Shown: positions 28,542 through 38,284 of the stretch, piece after piece
How the letters are laid out: each line of letters begins with the position of its first letter
Position numbering within the stretch: position 1 is the stretch's first letter
NCBI GenBank assembly: GCA_965203315.1
Contig: OZ241857.1
Location: forward strand, 160,001 to 224,000
Length of the DNA: 64,000 bases
From: Nitrosopumilus sp.
GTDB lineage: Archaea; Thermoproteota; Nitrososphaeria; Nitrososphaerales; Nitrosopumilaceae
Reading direction: 5' to 3'
The notes under the pieces: model-generated
Database searches by the model: none
What the model was told of the DNA's origin: nothing
The model's input: the letters and a program-made list of their open reading frames with translations, nothing else
Made by a program: the position numbers and the translations under genes

Positions 28542-29267
28542 TTGAGAATAATTCCAGTCAAGATAGATGTAGAGATCGATTCTACATCATCATTATCTGA
28601 TCTATTATTACAATCTATCTCGTTATGTGACGGTGATATCATAGTTGTTGCACAAAAGATCGTATCTAAAAATGAGAATAGAGTTGTACGACTAGACGAT
28701 GTTGTACCATCACTACTTGCACAAGGGATTGCAGCACAATATGAGAAAGATCCTCGAGTTGTTGAACTGATTCTAAATGAGACCAAACGTATAGTTCGAA
28801 TGGGACATCGAGTAATAATCACACAAACCAATCATGGTTTTGTCTGTGCAAATGCAGGAGTTGATCAAAGTAATCTAGAACTAGGTTATGCAGCACTCTT
28901 GCCAATCGACTCTGATGTTTCTGCTGCTCGTCTCAGAGAAGAGATTGCAGATAAATCTCATAAACAGATAGGTGTGATAATATCTGATACATTTGGTCGC
29001 CCTTTTAGGCTAGGTCAGACCAACTGTGCAATCGGCGTGTCTGGTTTGGATCCGATCCTAGATTATAGAGGTACACGAGACTCTTTTGAACGCACACTTC
29101 AAGTTACCGAGATTGCTGTTGCTGACGAGATCTCTTCTGCAGCAGAATTGGTCATGAAAAAGATATCGGGTTGTCCTTTTGTCATAGTTAGAGGATATAC
29201 GCACAAATCACAACTAGTACATACTAGCAGTCTCATTCGTCATACATCTGATGATCTCTTTATCTGA
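28542..29267 (+). CDS. cofE: Coenzyme F420-0:L-glutamate ligase
   Basis: GDIIVVAQKIVSK, GFVCANAGVDQSN, IISDTFGRPFRLG, AVADEI. Confidence 0.93.
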   Translation: MRIIPVKIDVEIDSTSSLSDLLLQSISLCDGDIIVVAQKIVSKNENRVVRLDDVVPSLLAQGIAAQYEKDPRVVELILNETKRIVRMGHRVIITQTNHGFVCANAGVDQSNLELGYAALLPIDSDVSAARLREEIADKSHKQIGVIISDTFGRPFRLGQTNCAIGVSGLDPILDYRGTRDSFERTLQVTEIAVADEISSAAELVMKKISGCPFVIVRGYTHKSQLVHTSSLIRHTSDDLFI

Positions 29268-29303
29268 TGTACATTCAATAGAATTATAATCAAGAATCAT
29301 CTC

Positions 29304-30224
29304 TTGATTAAAATGTTACGAACCGAATTACACTGTCACAACTCTTTCTCAAATTTTCATGTGGGTGATGACGAGCCACCGTACGACTGTGATATATCTA
29401 TTCGTGATCAACTAGATAGAGCTCACAGTGTTGGTATCGACACAATATTTGTTACCAACCACAACACTCTTGATGGTTATGAAAATATGGTTCAATATCG
29501 CAACAATCATTCAAAGTTTAAAGAGATATCTGTATTTCCCGCCGAAGAGATTACCATAGATACGGGAGCACATGTCCTTGCATATGGAATACATGACACT
29601 ATCAAACCAGGGATGGCTTTGGAAGAAGTATTGGACGAGATATCAGATCAAGGAGGAGTATCTTCTGCACCTCATCCATTTAGTTTGATTGACGCACTAC
29701 GTGATCAAGCAAAACACTGTGATATGGTTGAGGTCTTTAACAGCAACAACATAGATGTCTTGTCAAATGCCAAAGCTGTTCAGTTTGCGCTAGACAACAA
29801 TATGACACAAGTCTCTGGCAGTGACTCACACGTACTCTCTACTATTGGACGCTGCATAAATCTAGTTGATTCTGAGAATAATCTCGATGATGTTCTTTAC
29901 TCTATGAAACATGGCAAGATCAAGATATCTCAAACTGGTTATGCTCAACAATCAGAGACTATGGATCATATTCGATACAAGATTAACAACTCTAAAGAGT
30001 ATCTGATCGAGTATATTGAAAATAATTATCCAAGCCTTAGTTGGTTACTGACTCTACTCTTGCGTGTATACAACTCACATCAAAATAGTCCTACATGGAA
30101 TATTATTTACAATATTGCAATATATCTGATGAAGCGTATATCTAAAAAGATCAACTATCAAGATACCGATCCTAGTTTTATGAAAGATAGGAATCTATTC
30201 ACTATGTTTCGAATGGCTATGTGA
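29304..30224 (+). CDS. PHP domain metallophosphoesterase
   Basis: ELHCH, VTNHN, EEI, PHPF, EVFN and GSDSH motifs. Confidence 0.9.
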   Translation: MIKMLRTELHCHNSFSNFHVGDDEPPYDCDISIRDQLDRAHSVGIDTIFVTNHNTLDGYENMVQYRNNHSKFKEISVFPAEEITIDTGAHVLAYGIHDTIKPGMALEEVLDEISDQGGVSSAPHPFSLIDALRDQAKHCDMVEVFNSNNIDVLSNAKAVQFALDNNMTQVSGSDSHVLSTIGRCINLVDSENNLDDVLYSMKHGKIKISQTGYAQQSETMDHIRYKINNSKEYLIEYIENNYPSLSWLLTLLLRVYNSHQNSPTWNIIYNIAIYLMKRISKKINYQDTDPSFMKDRNLFTMFRMAM

Positions 30225-30754
30225 ATACGTAGTGCCATCTAATGTACAAACTCTGCTTTTCATAATATCTGGATATCATTTGTATTATCTTGATTGTGCA
30301 TGTTTTGGAATTATACAATCGTCACATTTCCATATGTGACTATACGAATAAGACCATCTATTATTTCGTGTTTAATTTTGTGTGATGGGATAATCTTTTT
30401 CTAGATTGGAGAAAATATCATGATATCAAATCTCATCAAGTTACATACGAATATACATTTCACGCGAGACTGAACACGAATGTTATAGGTCATAGATTAT
30501 CAATCTGTAACTATATGCAATCAGAATATTCCAAACTACAATTATTCAAACTGACTGTCCATGATATCATGGTGTGAACCAAACTGTACATGTGCATCTC
30601 TGGATTCTGCGACTAGTCTATATCCTCTTGAAATCTTGGTGAACTTATCTTGGTCATTTTTGAATATCTCTGTTGCATATCTTGTATCTATTGTAACAGA
30701 ATCTTGACACAACATAGAGTAGACATTAATATGACGACTTTGTTAGAATGTGTG

Positions 30755-30988
30755 ATGTCTGACTCTACAAAGACTCTAGATGCAACTGGGTTATTCTGTC
30801 CAGAACCAGTATTTCGCACAAAGATCGAGATCGAAAAGATGCAAGTTGGTCAAACGCTAACCGTTAGAGCAGACGATCCTGCAGCTGAAGACGATATATC
30901 TAGATGGGTAACTCGAAATGGTCATGAATTGATTACAATGTTAAAAGATGGTCAGATAATAACATTTCAGATTAAAAAGGTAAAGTAA
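30755..30988 (+). CDS. tusA: TusA family sulfur carrier protein
   Basis: LDATGLFCPEP motif and ADDPAAEDDI; start taken at MSDSTKT. Confidence 0.9.
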   Translation: MSDSTKTLDATGLFCPEPVFRTKIEIEKMQVGQTLTVRADDPAAEDDISRWVTRNGHELITMLKDGQIITFQIKKVK

Positions 30989-30995
30989 CTATATC

Positions 30996-31994
30996 ATGGC
31001 CACTACAACTGACATAGATATTCTTAGTCGTATAGGCAACACGCCTCTGATCCGCCTCGACTCATTATCGACTGACTCGACTGTCTATATGGCAAAACTT
31101 GAGGGTCATAATCCGTTTGGTTCTGTCAAAGATCGTGCAGCATATTGGATGATAAAGGACGGCGAAGAGAACAGAGTCCTCACCAGAGGAAAGAGCATAA
31201 TAATAGAGCCCACATCTGGCAATACTGGAATCGCACTTACTGGAATTGCAAACTTGCTTGGCTACAAGACCGAGATCGTCATTCCAGAGAAGGCAAGCGA
31301 TGAGACCAAGCGAATAATACAGAGTCTCGGTGCCACAATCTTTGAGACTAGTGATGATCTATGTCCCAAGGTAGGTGCAGGGACAGATCAGAGTATTGCA
31401 CTCGCAACATCGATTGCATCATCTAGACCTGACACATATTATTCACCAAATCAGTACGCAAACGAAGCAAACTTCAAAGGTCACTATCTAGGTACAGGTC
31501 CTGAGATATGGCAACAGACCGATGGACAAGTTACACACTTTTTTACTGGTGTTGGGACTGGCGGTACCATAACTGGTGTCGGTACATATCTCAAGGAGAA
31601 GAATCCCGACATCAAAATTATCGGCTGTCAACCACAACAGAACCATCTAATTCAAGGATGGCGTAACTTTGAAGAGTCTGCTAAACCAGATCTCTTCTTA
31701 AAACGTGAAGATGTGGTTGATGAATGGATATCTGTAGATAACGCAGAGTCGTTTGGTGTGGTACGTGATGTATTTGAGAGAGATCATCTTTTGATCAGTC
31801 CTTCGTCAGCTGCTGTATATGCATGTATGAAAAAGTATCGTATAGATGATGGTTCATGCGTTGTAGGAATATTTGCTGATGACGGTCGTAAATTTAAGAG
31901 CATTTACACATCACAGAATGTCATGTCTAATAGTGAGTTTGAATTTGCTGTGAAAAAAGCTCAACACATGTCCGAGCTAGCATACGAGTTGTGA
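30996..31994 (+). CDS. PLP-dependent cysteine synthase family protein
   Basis: IGNTPL, AKLEGHNPFGSVKDR, EPTSGNTGIAL, TGPEIW, GVGTGGT. Confidence 0.93.
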   Translation: MATTTDIDILSRIGNTPLIRLDSLSTDSTVYMAKLEGHNPFGSVKDRAAYWMIKDGEENRVLTRGKSIIIEPTSGNTGIALTGIANLLGYKTEIVIPEKASDETKRIIQSLGATIFETSDDLCPKVGAGTDQSIALATSIASSRPDTYYSPNQYANEANFKGHYLGTGPEIWQQTDGQVTHFFTGVGTGGTITGVGTYLKEKNPDIKIIGCQPQQNHLIQGWRNFEESAKPDLFLKREDVVDEWISVDNAESFGVVRDVFERDHLLISPSSAAVYACMKKYRIDDGSCVVGIFADDGRKFKSIYTSQNVMSNSEFEFAVKKAQHMSELAYEL

Positions 31995-32001
31995 AAACCT
32001 A

Positions 32002-32158
32002 GTTTTGATGGATGTACTCATCTGGCAATGACGACAGCGTATATGTTATTTCTATAGGCAAAATCGTTCAAATAATGTCCTTTTGATTTTCGTAAAATGT
32101 ATTCATAATTACAGACACGCTATTCTAAGATTTACTTGGAAAATACTTTTGCACCTTG
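32002..32158. mobile_element. MITE family C, partial copy (inverted relative to 58423-58629)
   Basis: Ends CTTGGAAAATACTTTTGCACCTTG; body is the reverse complement of part of the 58423 element (e.g. TTTCTATAGGCAAAATCGTTCAAAT). Confidence 0.75.
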
Positions 32159-32169
32159 GTATATGCGGG

Positions 32170-32620
32170 AGTAAACATGAAAACAATTCCATTCGTGACT
32201 ATAGAAAGAGATGGGTCATTGAAACTGGATATCGTGACATCATCGATATGAGATTAAAGACTTCTAGTTATGATCACAGAGTACTAGAATTGATGTTTAT
32301 TTTCAGTTTATTGTTTTACAACGCATGGATTCTAGCACGAAACATACAATGCGAAGACGATCTCTTTGATTATTGCAATCAAATTACCACACTTGTTTTT
32401 CTATAGTCGTGAATATAATAATTTTCCGAGTGCATAGTATCACAATTTGGCATTATCCGTTCCGCTAGAGGTAAATTTCGTCTCTGATCTCACATATGCA
32501 AAAGTAAACAAGAAAACAATTCCGTTCGTGACTATAGAAATGACATATGGATACATCAAATCGTTTATCGACCCATATATCGAACCAGAGTCGCCGCCAA
32601 AACCTGCGGTGGCGTGTTGA
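32170..32620 (+). pseudogene. ISH3-family transposase C-terminal remnant
   Basis: YRKRWVIETGYR...RLKTSS...FSLLFYNAW and Pro-rich end PEPESPPKP-like, paralleling YSKRWDIENGFK and PPEPPPPEPP of the intact ISH3 at 38332-39468. Confidence 0.75.
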
Positions 32621-32644
32621 ATAGACAATTGGGTAAGCTGTGTA

Positions 32645-32728
32645 TGGATGCGGTGGGATTTGAATCCACGTATGTCCTATAGCAACTTATTGACTGTAAG
32701 TCCCATTAAGCCAATTTGGTACACACCC
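32645..32728 (-). tRNA. Aberrant class II (Leu-like body) tRNA-like element with CAGUCAA anticodon loop; possible pseudo-tRNA
   Basis: Minus strand GGGTGTG TA CCA AATTGGCTTAA TGG G ACTTA CAGTCAA TAAGT TGCTATAGGACATAC GTGGA TTCAAAT CCCAC CGCATCC A; all four stems form, but U33 and G53 are replaced. Confidence 0.6.
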
Positions 32729-33010
32729 AGAAATTAATATAATTGCACATATTAGTATATGCTGACTGTAAGTTGCTCTAAAGCAATTTCGTAGGTGTTC
32801 TACACACTTCTACACCCTTTGTATCATACATGTGTTGTATCAAAAAGCTCACTTTAACTTCTAACCGTTGACTCGACCTCGCTTCGCATCACTGACTTGT
32901 TGCTGGTGTCTCTAAACTTAACCGCTAAATATAATCAAAGTTAATCTTATTTTACTCCACCCACTTTGATACTAACTCTAGCTTGAGATTGTCCTATGAT
33001 ATTATCCGTA

Positions 33011-33188
33011 GGTTCTGTTCAATTGACAGTGGGTTGGCATTTTCTGCACAAAATTCTCGAAAAATTTTACAAAATATGGAAACGGACTCATATCGGCTAT
33101 CGTAAATTGTTGCTGTTTTGAGTCAAATATTATGCGTTCTTTGAGATCACGTCATAACGATCTCAACCCCCGTCAATTGAACAGAACT
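33011..33188. mobile_element. MITE family B, copy 2
   Basis: GGTTCTGTTCAATTGAC...GTCAATTGAACAGAAC terminal inverted repeats. Confidence 0.9.
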
Positions 33189-33216
33189 TTGCGTATACTT
33201 TTAATATATGCACTAA

Positions 33217-33546
33217 CTAGTGAATCGTCTTGTGGGCATCTCGAATCGTATCCATAGTCTTGGATATGTCCTGATCTGTTTCTATCTGTATTGTCTGTAT
33301 GGGTAGTCTTCTGTCTTGCTGTATCTTTATTATCACTCCGTTTGATGTGGGTTCTACATCTGCGAACCATCTAAAACTCATCGATTTACAGAACACAACT
33401 CTGTGCATTCTAACATCTTCGATAACGTTCTCGTTTATGGATAAGCAAAACTCGCGTATGGTGTCAAAGAGGGGTTGTACTTGTTTTGGAATCTGTTGTT
33501 TAAAGTCGTCATAACTGCGTCTACCTGTATTGGATATGATGTTCAT
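33217..33546 (-). CDS. Conserved hypothetical protein (DUF5655-like)
   Basis: PLFDTIREFCLSINENVIE...RVVF.K...FADV pattern; family assignment from recall only. Confidence 0.65.
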   Translation of the reverse strand: MNIISNTGRRSYDDFKQQIPKQVQPLFDTIREFCLSINENVIEDVRMHRVVFCKSMSFRWFADVEPTSNGVIIKIQQDRRLPIQTIQIETDQDISKTMDTIRDAHKTIH

Positions 33547-33575
33547 ATTTAAAATGTGAACGAGTGCATAATAAA

Positions 33576-33888
33576 GGTAGTAGATCTGTCAGTTCCAGTC
33601 TAGATCAATGACCCCATCTCAAGGCATACAAGATCCGCCACGTTGACGAGGAAGCGTGACTGCTCCACCTTAGGATTGCTCCCTCCCGGACCTGATCCCT
33701 TTCGATGGTTCGGTCTTGAAAGTTATCCCTTCGGATAATTCCAGCCCTGCAACCACCCGCCTCGGCGTGATTTCATTTCCGCACACCAAGCGGGAATCAC
33801 CAACCTAGAGATTTACCCAACAGTTACTGATCTCTGCATGTAGCCGGTTTCAGAATAGGGCACGGCTGGCACCCTGATCCTACCTACT
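33576..33888 (-). ncRNA. ffs: Archaeal signal recognition particle (7S) RNA
   Basis: GC-rich structured island of about 310 nt; minus-strand helix-8 motif TCAGGTCCGGGAGGGAGCA; complementary termini. Ends approximate. Confidence 0.9.
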
Positions 33889-33948
33889 ACCATCTATTCT
33901 ATAATTTGTCATCTTATATTTGCATTAGGTTTGAGGATTTAGACAAAT

Positions 33949-34125
33949 GGTTCTGTTCGATTGTTGGGGGTTGACATTTTCCGCACAAAATTCTCGAAAA
34001 ATTTTACAAAATATGGAAACTTACTCATATCGGCTATCGTAAATTGTTGCTGTTTTGAGTCAAATATTGTGCGTTCTTTGAGATAACGTCACAGCGATCT
34101 CAACCCCCGTCAATTGGATATAATC
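33949..34125. mobile_element. MITE family B, copy 3
   Basis: GGTTCTGTTCG...CAATTGGATATAATC, flanked by a perfect 8-bp duplication AGACAAAT. Confidence 0.9.
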
Positions 34126-34606
34126 AGACAAATTATTGTGGATACAATTACTGTACATGGAGTAAATAACATAGATGGGCTGAACAACAAGAGCAGTATC
34201 ATCAGTGATTGATTCTTGAACTGCACAAACGACATCAGGGTGAACATTTATCAAATAATGGTATGGTCTTCCAAAGTATCGTGCTGGATCGTCATTTATA
34301 TTCCATGATTTTACTGTTGGTGATTTACTGTCATGCTCAAGTATCGGTCTGTATCTACATTTACATGATTCACATAATATCCTGTTGATGCGACACTTGA
34401 GTACTAGGATCGATCATCTTACAAAAATCCCTTCCGAATGTCATGACCGTCTGTGTTGTATTATGATTAAATTTTGTAGATTATGGCGAGTACGGGATAT
34501 CATAAACCGATACCTGAACACAAGATATGAGATTTAGCTATACAGTTGTTTTTGATATGTGTGAGACGAAAACGATTGTTGTTATGTGTATCAAAATGAT
34601 CAAATT

Positions 34607-35665
34607 CTATACGGAACTATCTTTACCTTTTGTAAGATACTTGTTTACGTCAATTGCAGCTATGCAGCCAAACCCGGCAGCTGTGACTGCTTGTCTATAC
34701 ACTTTATCATGTACATCACCTGCTGCAAACACACCGTCCACACTAGTATGTGATCTGTTTTTTAACACAACATATCCATCATTATCTAACTCTATTTGGC
34801 CTTTGAACAAATCTGTATTTGGTTCATGACCGATTGCAACAAACAATGCACCTGCAGATATAGTAGACTCTGTATCTGTATGTACGTTTTTGATCCTCAC
34901 TTGTTGCACTTTTTGATCGCCGTCTACTCCTGCAATGACACTATTCCATTGAAACTTTATCTTGGGGTTGTCAAATGCTCTCTGCTGCATTATGTTGCTT
35001 GCACGTAGTTTATCGCGTCTGTGAACAATATGTACTGTAGTCGCAAACTTTGTAAGAAACGTTGCCTCTTCGATAGCCGAGTCACCCCCACCTGCTACAA
35101 CGATCTCTTGATCTCGAAAGAATGGTCCATCACATGTTGCACAGTACGATACGCCTCTACCTGCAAAAGACTCTTCATCTCCCAATCCCAACTTTCTTGG
35201 ATTTGCTCCTGTCGCAATTATCACTGCACGTCCTTCATACTCTTCTACTGCTGTGAGCACCTTTAGAGGCTTTTGTCTAAAGTCGACATTGACTGCCACA
35301 TCATCGATAATGGTTGTGTCCATTCTTTGAGACTGCTTTCTCATCTCGATCATGAGATCAGGACCCATTATCCCATGCTCAAATCCTGGATAGTTCTCCA
35401 CTTCTGTAGTGTTTACAAGCTGCCCTCCAGGAAGCACACCTGATAGAATCAATGTATCATATCCTGCCCTCGAACAATAGATTCCTGCGGTATATCCAGC
35501 TGGACCTGCGCCGATTATTATTACGTCAAACTTTGTCTTCACTTTTGGTTTTATTATCTCCCTCTCTTCTATGGTAGAACGAGGCTCTATTTTGTCCATT
35601 CCTTTGTCGTCACTAGATCTACCTCTCTCTTCTAGTATGATTGAACCAGGATCTGCTGCCATCAA
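34607..35665 (-). CDS. trxB: Thioredoxin-disulfide reductase
   Basis: GAGPAG, VENYPGF, GVSYCATCDG, GGGDSA and AAGDV motifs. Confidence 0.96.
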   Translation of the reverse strand: MMAADPGSIILEERGRSSDDKGMDKIEPRSTIEEREIIKPKVKTKFDVIIIGAGPAGYTAGIYCSRAGYDTLILSGVLPGGQLVNTTEVENYPGFEHGIMGPDLMIEMRKQSQRMDTTIIDDVAVNVDFRQKPLKVLTAVEEYEGRAVIIATGANPRKLGLGDEESFAGRGVSYCATCDGPFFRDQEIVVAGGGDSAIEEATFLTKFATTVHIVHRRDKLRASNIMQQRAFDNPKIKFQWNSVIAGVDGDQKVQQVRIKNVHTDTESTISAGALFVAIGHEPNTDLFKGQIELDNDGYVVLKNRSHTSVDGVFAAGDVHDKVYRQAVTAAGFGCIAAIDVNKYLTKGKDSSV

Positions 35666-35807
35666 GCCACTCTGATCTTGTTACTTCAATAATTTAAGTG
35701 AATATATTGTATCTATGTGATGCTGGTCATTACGTTTGGTTTTGTAAATGCGATACTCTGTTAGTTAGGGATCTGTTAATGATCCCACATTGAGATCGTA
35801 CTGGTCA

Positions 35808-36560
35808 TTATGTTCTCTTTTGTAATTTGTGTATTATATCTCGATGCTTTGCACATAAACTAGTATCTTTGATCAAAGATGATAACAGTTCTGACTGCCA
35901 GTGTGCATTATACATGTGACAGTCTCTTTGATCACAGAATGCTTCTCCAGTCATATAGTATAGCGCTACTTGTAATGCATATCTCTTTGCGATAGCACCT
36001 AGTCGTACATCATGATACGTCAGAAACTGCTCTTGATATCTCTCTTCGATCTCTCTAGCACGCGATGGGTTTGACCACATTTCTAGATAAAACTCACGAG
36101 GTCTCGCAGGTGCCTCGATCATACCTGTCGTTGATATGATGGCAGGATTTCCTCCTATCCATGTTCTGGCGTGATATCTATAATCGTTTGGATCAAACGT
36201 ACATGTCAATCTGTCTGTAAATACAATGTGTAGTGTATCATCCATGTCGTGTTTAGTGTCAATCACAGACGATAAGACTCGTTGTAACTCAAATCCGTCA
36301 TACAAGTTTGTCTTGATATCGTTATGTATCTCTGCGCGTATATCGCTATGGGTTGGTATGTGACTAGAGAATGGTCTCTTTGTATCTTGAATCTTGGTCA
36401 CTGCTAGTCGTTCAGCTGTGCTCAAATCTAGATTTAGAAATAGACTCTCTTTACGTTCTGTTGTGACGTGTAGGAGACTGTCGAGATACTTGACAACGCC
36501 GTCTAGACATATCTCTGGAGTTGATGGTTCGTCGTACAGTATGATGTTTGTACACTTCAA
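35808..36560 (-). CDS. Putative metallopeptidase-like conserved archaeal protein (DUF6775-like)
   Basis: YDGFELQ, FTDRLTCTFD..DYRYHAR, ISTTGMIEAPARP, FC...C.MYNAHWQ..L; start taken at TTG 36560 to avoid overlapping thi4. Confidence 0.7.
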   Translation of the reverse strand: MKCTNIILYDEPSTPEICLDGVVKYLDSLLHVTTERKESLFLNLDLSTAERLAVTKIQDTKRPFSSHIPTHSDIRAEIHNDIKTNLYDGFELQRVLSSVIDTKHDMDDTLHIVFTDRLTCTFDPNDYRYHARTWIGGNPAIISTTGMIEAPARPREFYLEMWSNPSRAREIEERYQEQFLTYHDVRLGAIAKRYALQVALYYMTGEAFCDQRDCHMYNAHWQSELLSSLIKDTSLCAKHRDIIHKLQKRT

Positions 36561-36567
36561 CGCCGTG

Positions 36568-37386
36568 TTATCGTTCCAGTTCTTTGATCTTTTCAGCTGT
36601 GATCTCTGCTGCTCTCTTGCCTGAAAATAGCATGGAACCAAAAGTAGGACCCATGCGTGCTAGTCCATGCGTCTCTGTAACTGACATTCCAGCTGCTACT
36701 AGGCCTGGATAGACCTCGCCGGTCTTGTCAACGACATGCTCTTCACCTTCATTTACGTACATTGGATTCATTCCTTTCCATTGTACTAGACCTCTATCTA
36801 CAAGTCGTTTTACAGCAACAGAGTCATGTCCTGATGCATCTATGACTATCTTGGACTCTAACGCTACTGGATCTACACATGTGATATTTCTAGGTAGTGC
36901 GGAGACTGGCATCCAGTTGACTACTATGCCCGAGACCCGACCGTTCTTCATCACTAGATCATCAAATTTAGTAAGATTGAGAAACTTTACTCCAGAATCA
37001 CAAGCAGCTGCGATCAGTTTTGAGACTGCGTGTGGACCAGGTGTAATGTATAGTCCTTCACCAACTTTTTTGTATGGTACACCCAACTCGTCCCATATCT
37101 TTTGTGCTGGCTCTCTAACTGTGACCGGATTCATCATGTATCCTCCAAGCCAGTACCCTCCACCGAGATAGTTGTTCTGCTCGATCACTAAAACCTTGAA
37201 TCCCATGTTGGAGAGATCTCTACTAGCCGTAAGTCCTGCTGGACCAGCTCCGATAACTATCACATCCGAGTCTGCTCTATCTATCAAAACATTGTGAAAC
37301 TCTGTTGCGATGGCTCGAGTAATCTCTACCTCTCGTACATCTGCAAACATTTTTAGACTTTTTTCCGCAATCTCTACTTCTTGCAT
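36568..37386 (-). CDS. thi4: Thiazole synthase Thi4 (Cys-type)
   Basis: EVEITRAI, GAGPAGL, LGGGYWLGG, CVDP, DASGHD, RMGPTFGSMLFSG. Confidence 0.95.
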   Translation of the reverse strand: MQEVEIAEKSLKMFADVREVEITRAIATEFHNVLIDRADSDVIVIGAGPAGLTASRDLSNMGFKVLVIEQNNYLGGGYWLGGYMMNPVTVREPAQKIWDELGVPYKKVGEGLYITPGPHAVSKLIAAACDSGVKFLNLTKFDDLVMKNGRVSGIVVNWMPVSALPRNITCVDPVALESKIVIDASGHDSVAVKRLVDRGLVQWKGMNPMYVNEGEEHVVDKTGEVYPGLVAAGMSVTETHGLARMGPTFGSMLFSGKRAAEITAEKIKELER

Positions 37387-38284
37387 GTTCGCTCTTATCT
37401 GTTCAATCAATTAATAGTTTGCCAAATATGTGCACATAACTTGACAAGTCTCTCAAGTTGATCAATATCTGTATTACACGAATATGATTCAGATCAATAA
37501 TAGACATTATGCGTTAGTCGTTTTGACCGAAGCACTTAGATCGTAGGTCTAAAAACAGCAATCATTGGGTCAAAAAATCAGTAAACCAAGCAGACAAGTG
37601 CTGCAACTACAGCAGAGTACGAGAGTTAGAACAAATTGTTAGTGAACTCGGTGAACGAGAAGAGCAAGAGACCAAAGATAGACCAAGTTTGTACAGACAA
37701 AAATCAGAGAGTATTAACAACTTTTGTGATAGGATCATATCGGACCCATCTTCTTTATACCGATTCACAAAATGTGCCCCAATCTGTTTGAGATTTATCA
37801 CACAGAATTTGTTCAATACATCAAAGATGAGCAAGTTAGAAAAAATCGCAACCACGTACTCAACAGACAACGTAAAGAGAAACTAGATGATGAACCAAAG
37901 ATACCACAATACTATGGTGTCAACGTCGGTCGAGGAAAGATATCGCTAGCAAACACGAGATCTACTCTCTTGATGGAGTTTATGTACACTCGAGGCGGTA
38001 TGACCCAAGCAGTTATTGGAGACGTATTTGATATCAATCAAAGCAATGTCTCTAGACATATTAGACATGTACGTAGATTCCTGAATCAGTCTTGGACAAG
38101 ACCAGAGGATATAGCAAAACAAATATCCAAATGCAGAACACTGGCAGAGCTGCGAGAGTGGATTCCTCGACTAGAGACTGCCATTGATGGAACTCACTTT
38201 GAGATAGATATACCATCAGATGACGAGTTGGAAGAGTTGGCACGCTCGGGTAAACTACGGAAACATACTTGTGTGATCGTACTA

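Noticed and set aside
32645-32728. tRNA-Sec or tRNA-Pyl interpretation
   Set aside because: UCA is off-register in the loop, the acceptor/T stems are 7/5 rather than 9/4, and there is no CUA.
32760-32830. Hammerhead ribozyme in the stem-CGAAA-stem arrangement (also 10921-10970)
   Set aside because: No CUGANGA core on the same strand and no proper stem III/cleavage triplet.
34126-34420. Open minus-strand frame (ILCESCKCRY...NDDPARYFGRPYHY)
   Set aside because: No start codon and no recognisable family; possibly a gene remnant but unsupported.
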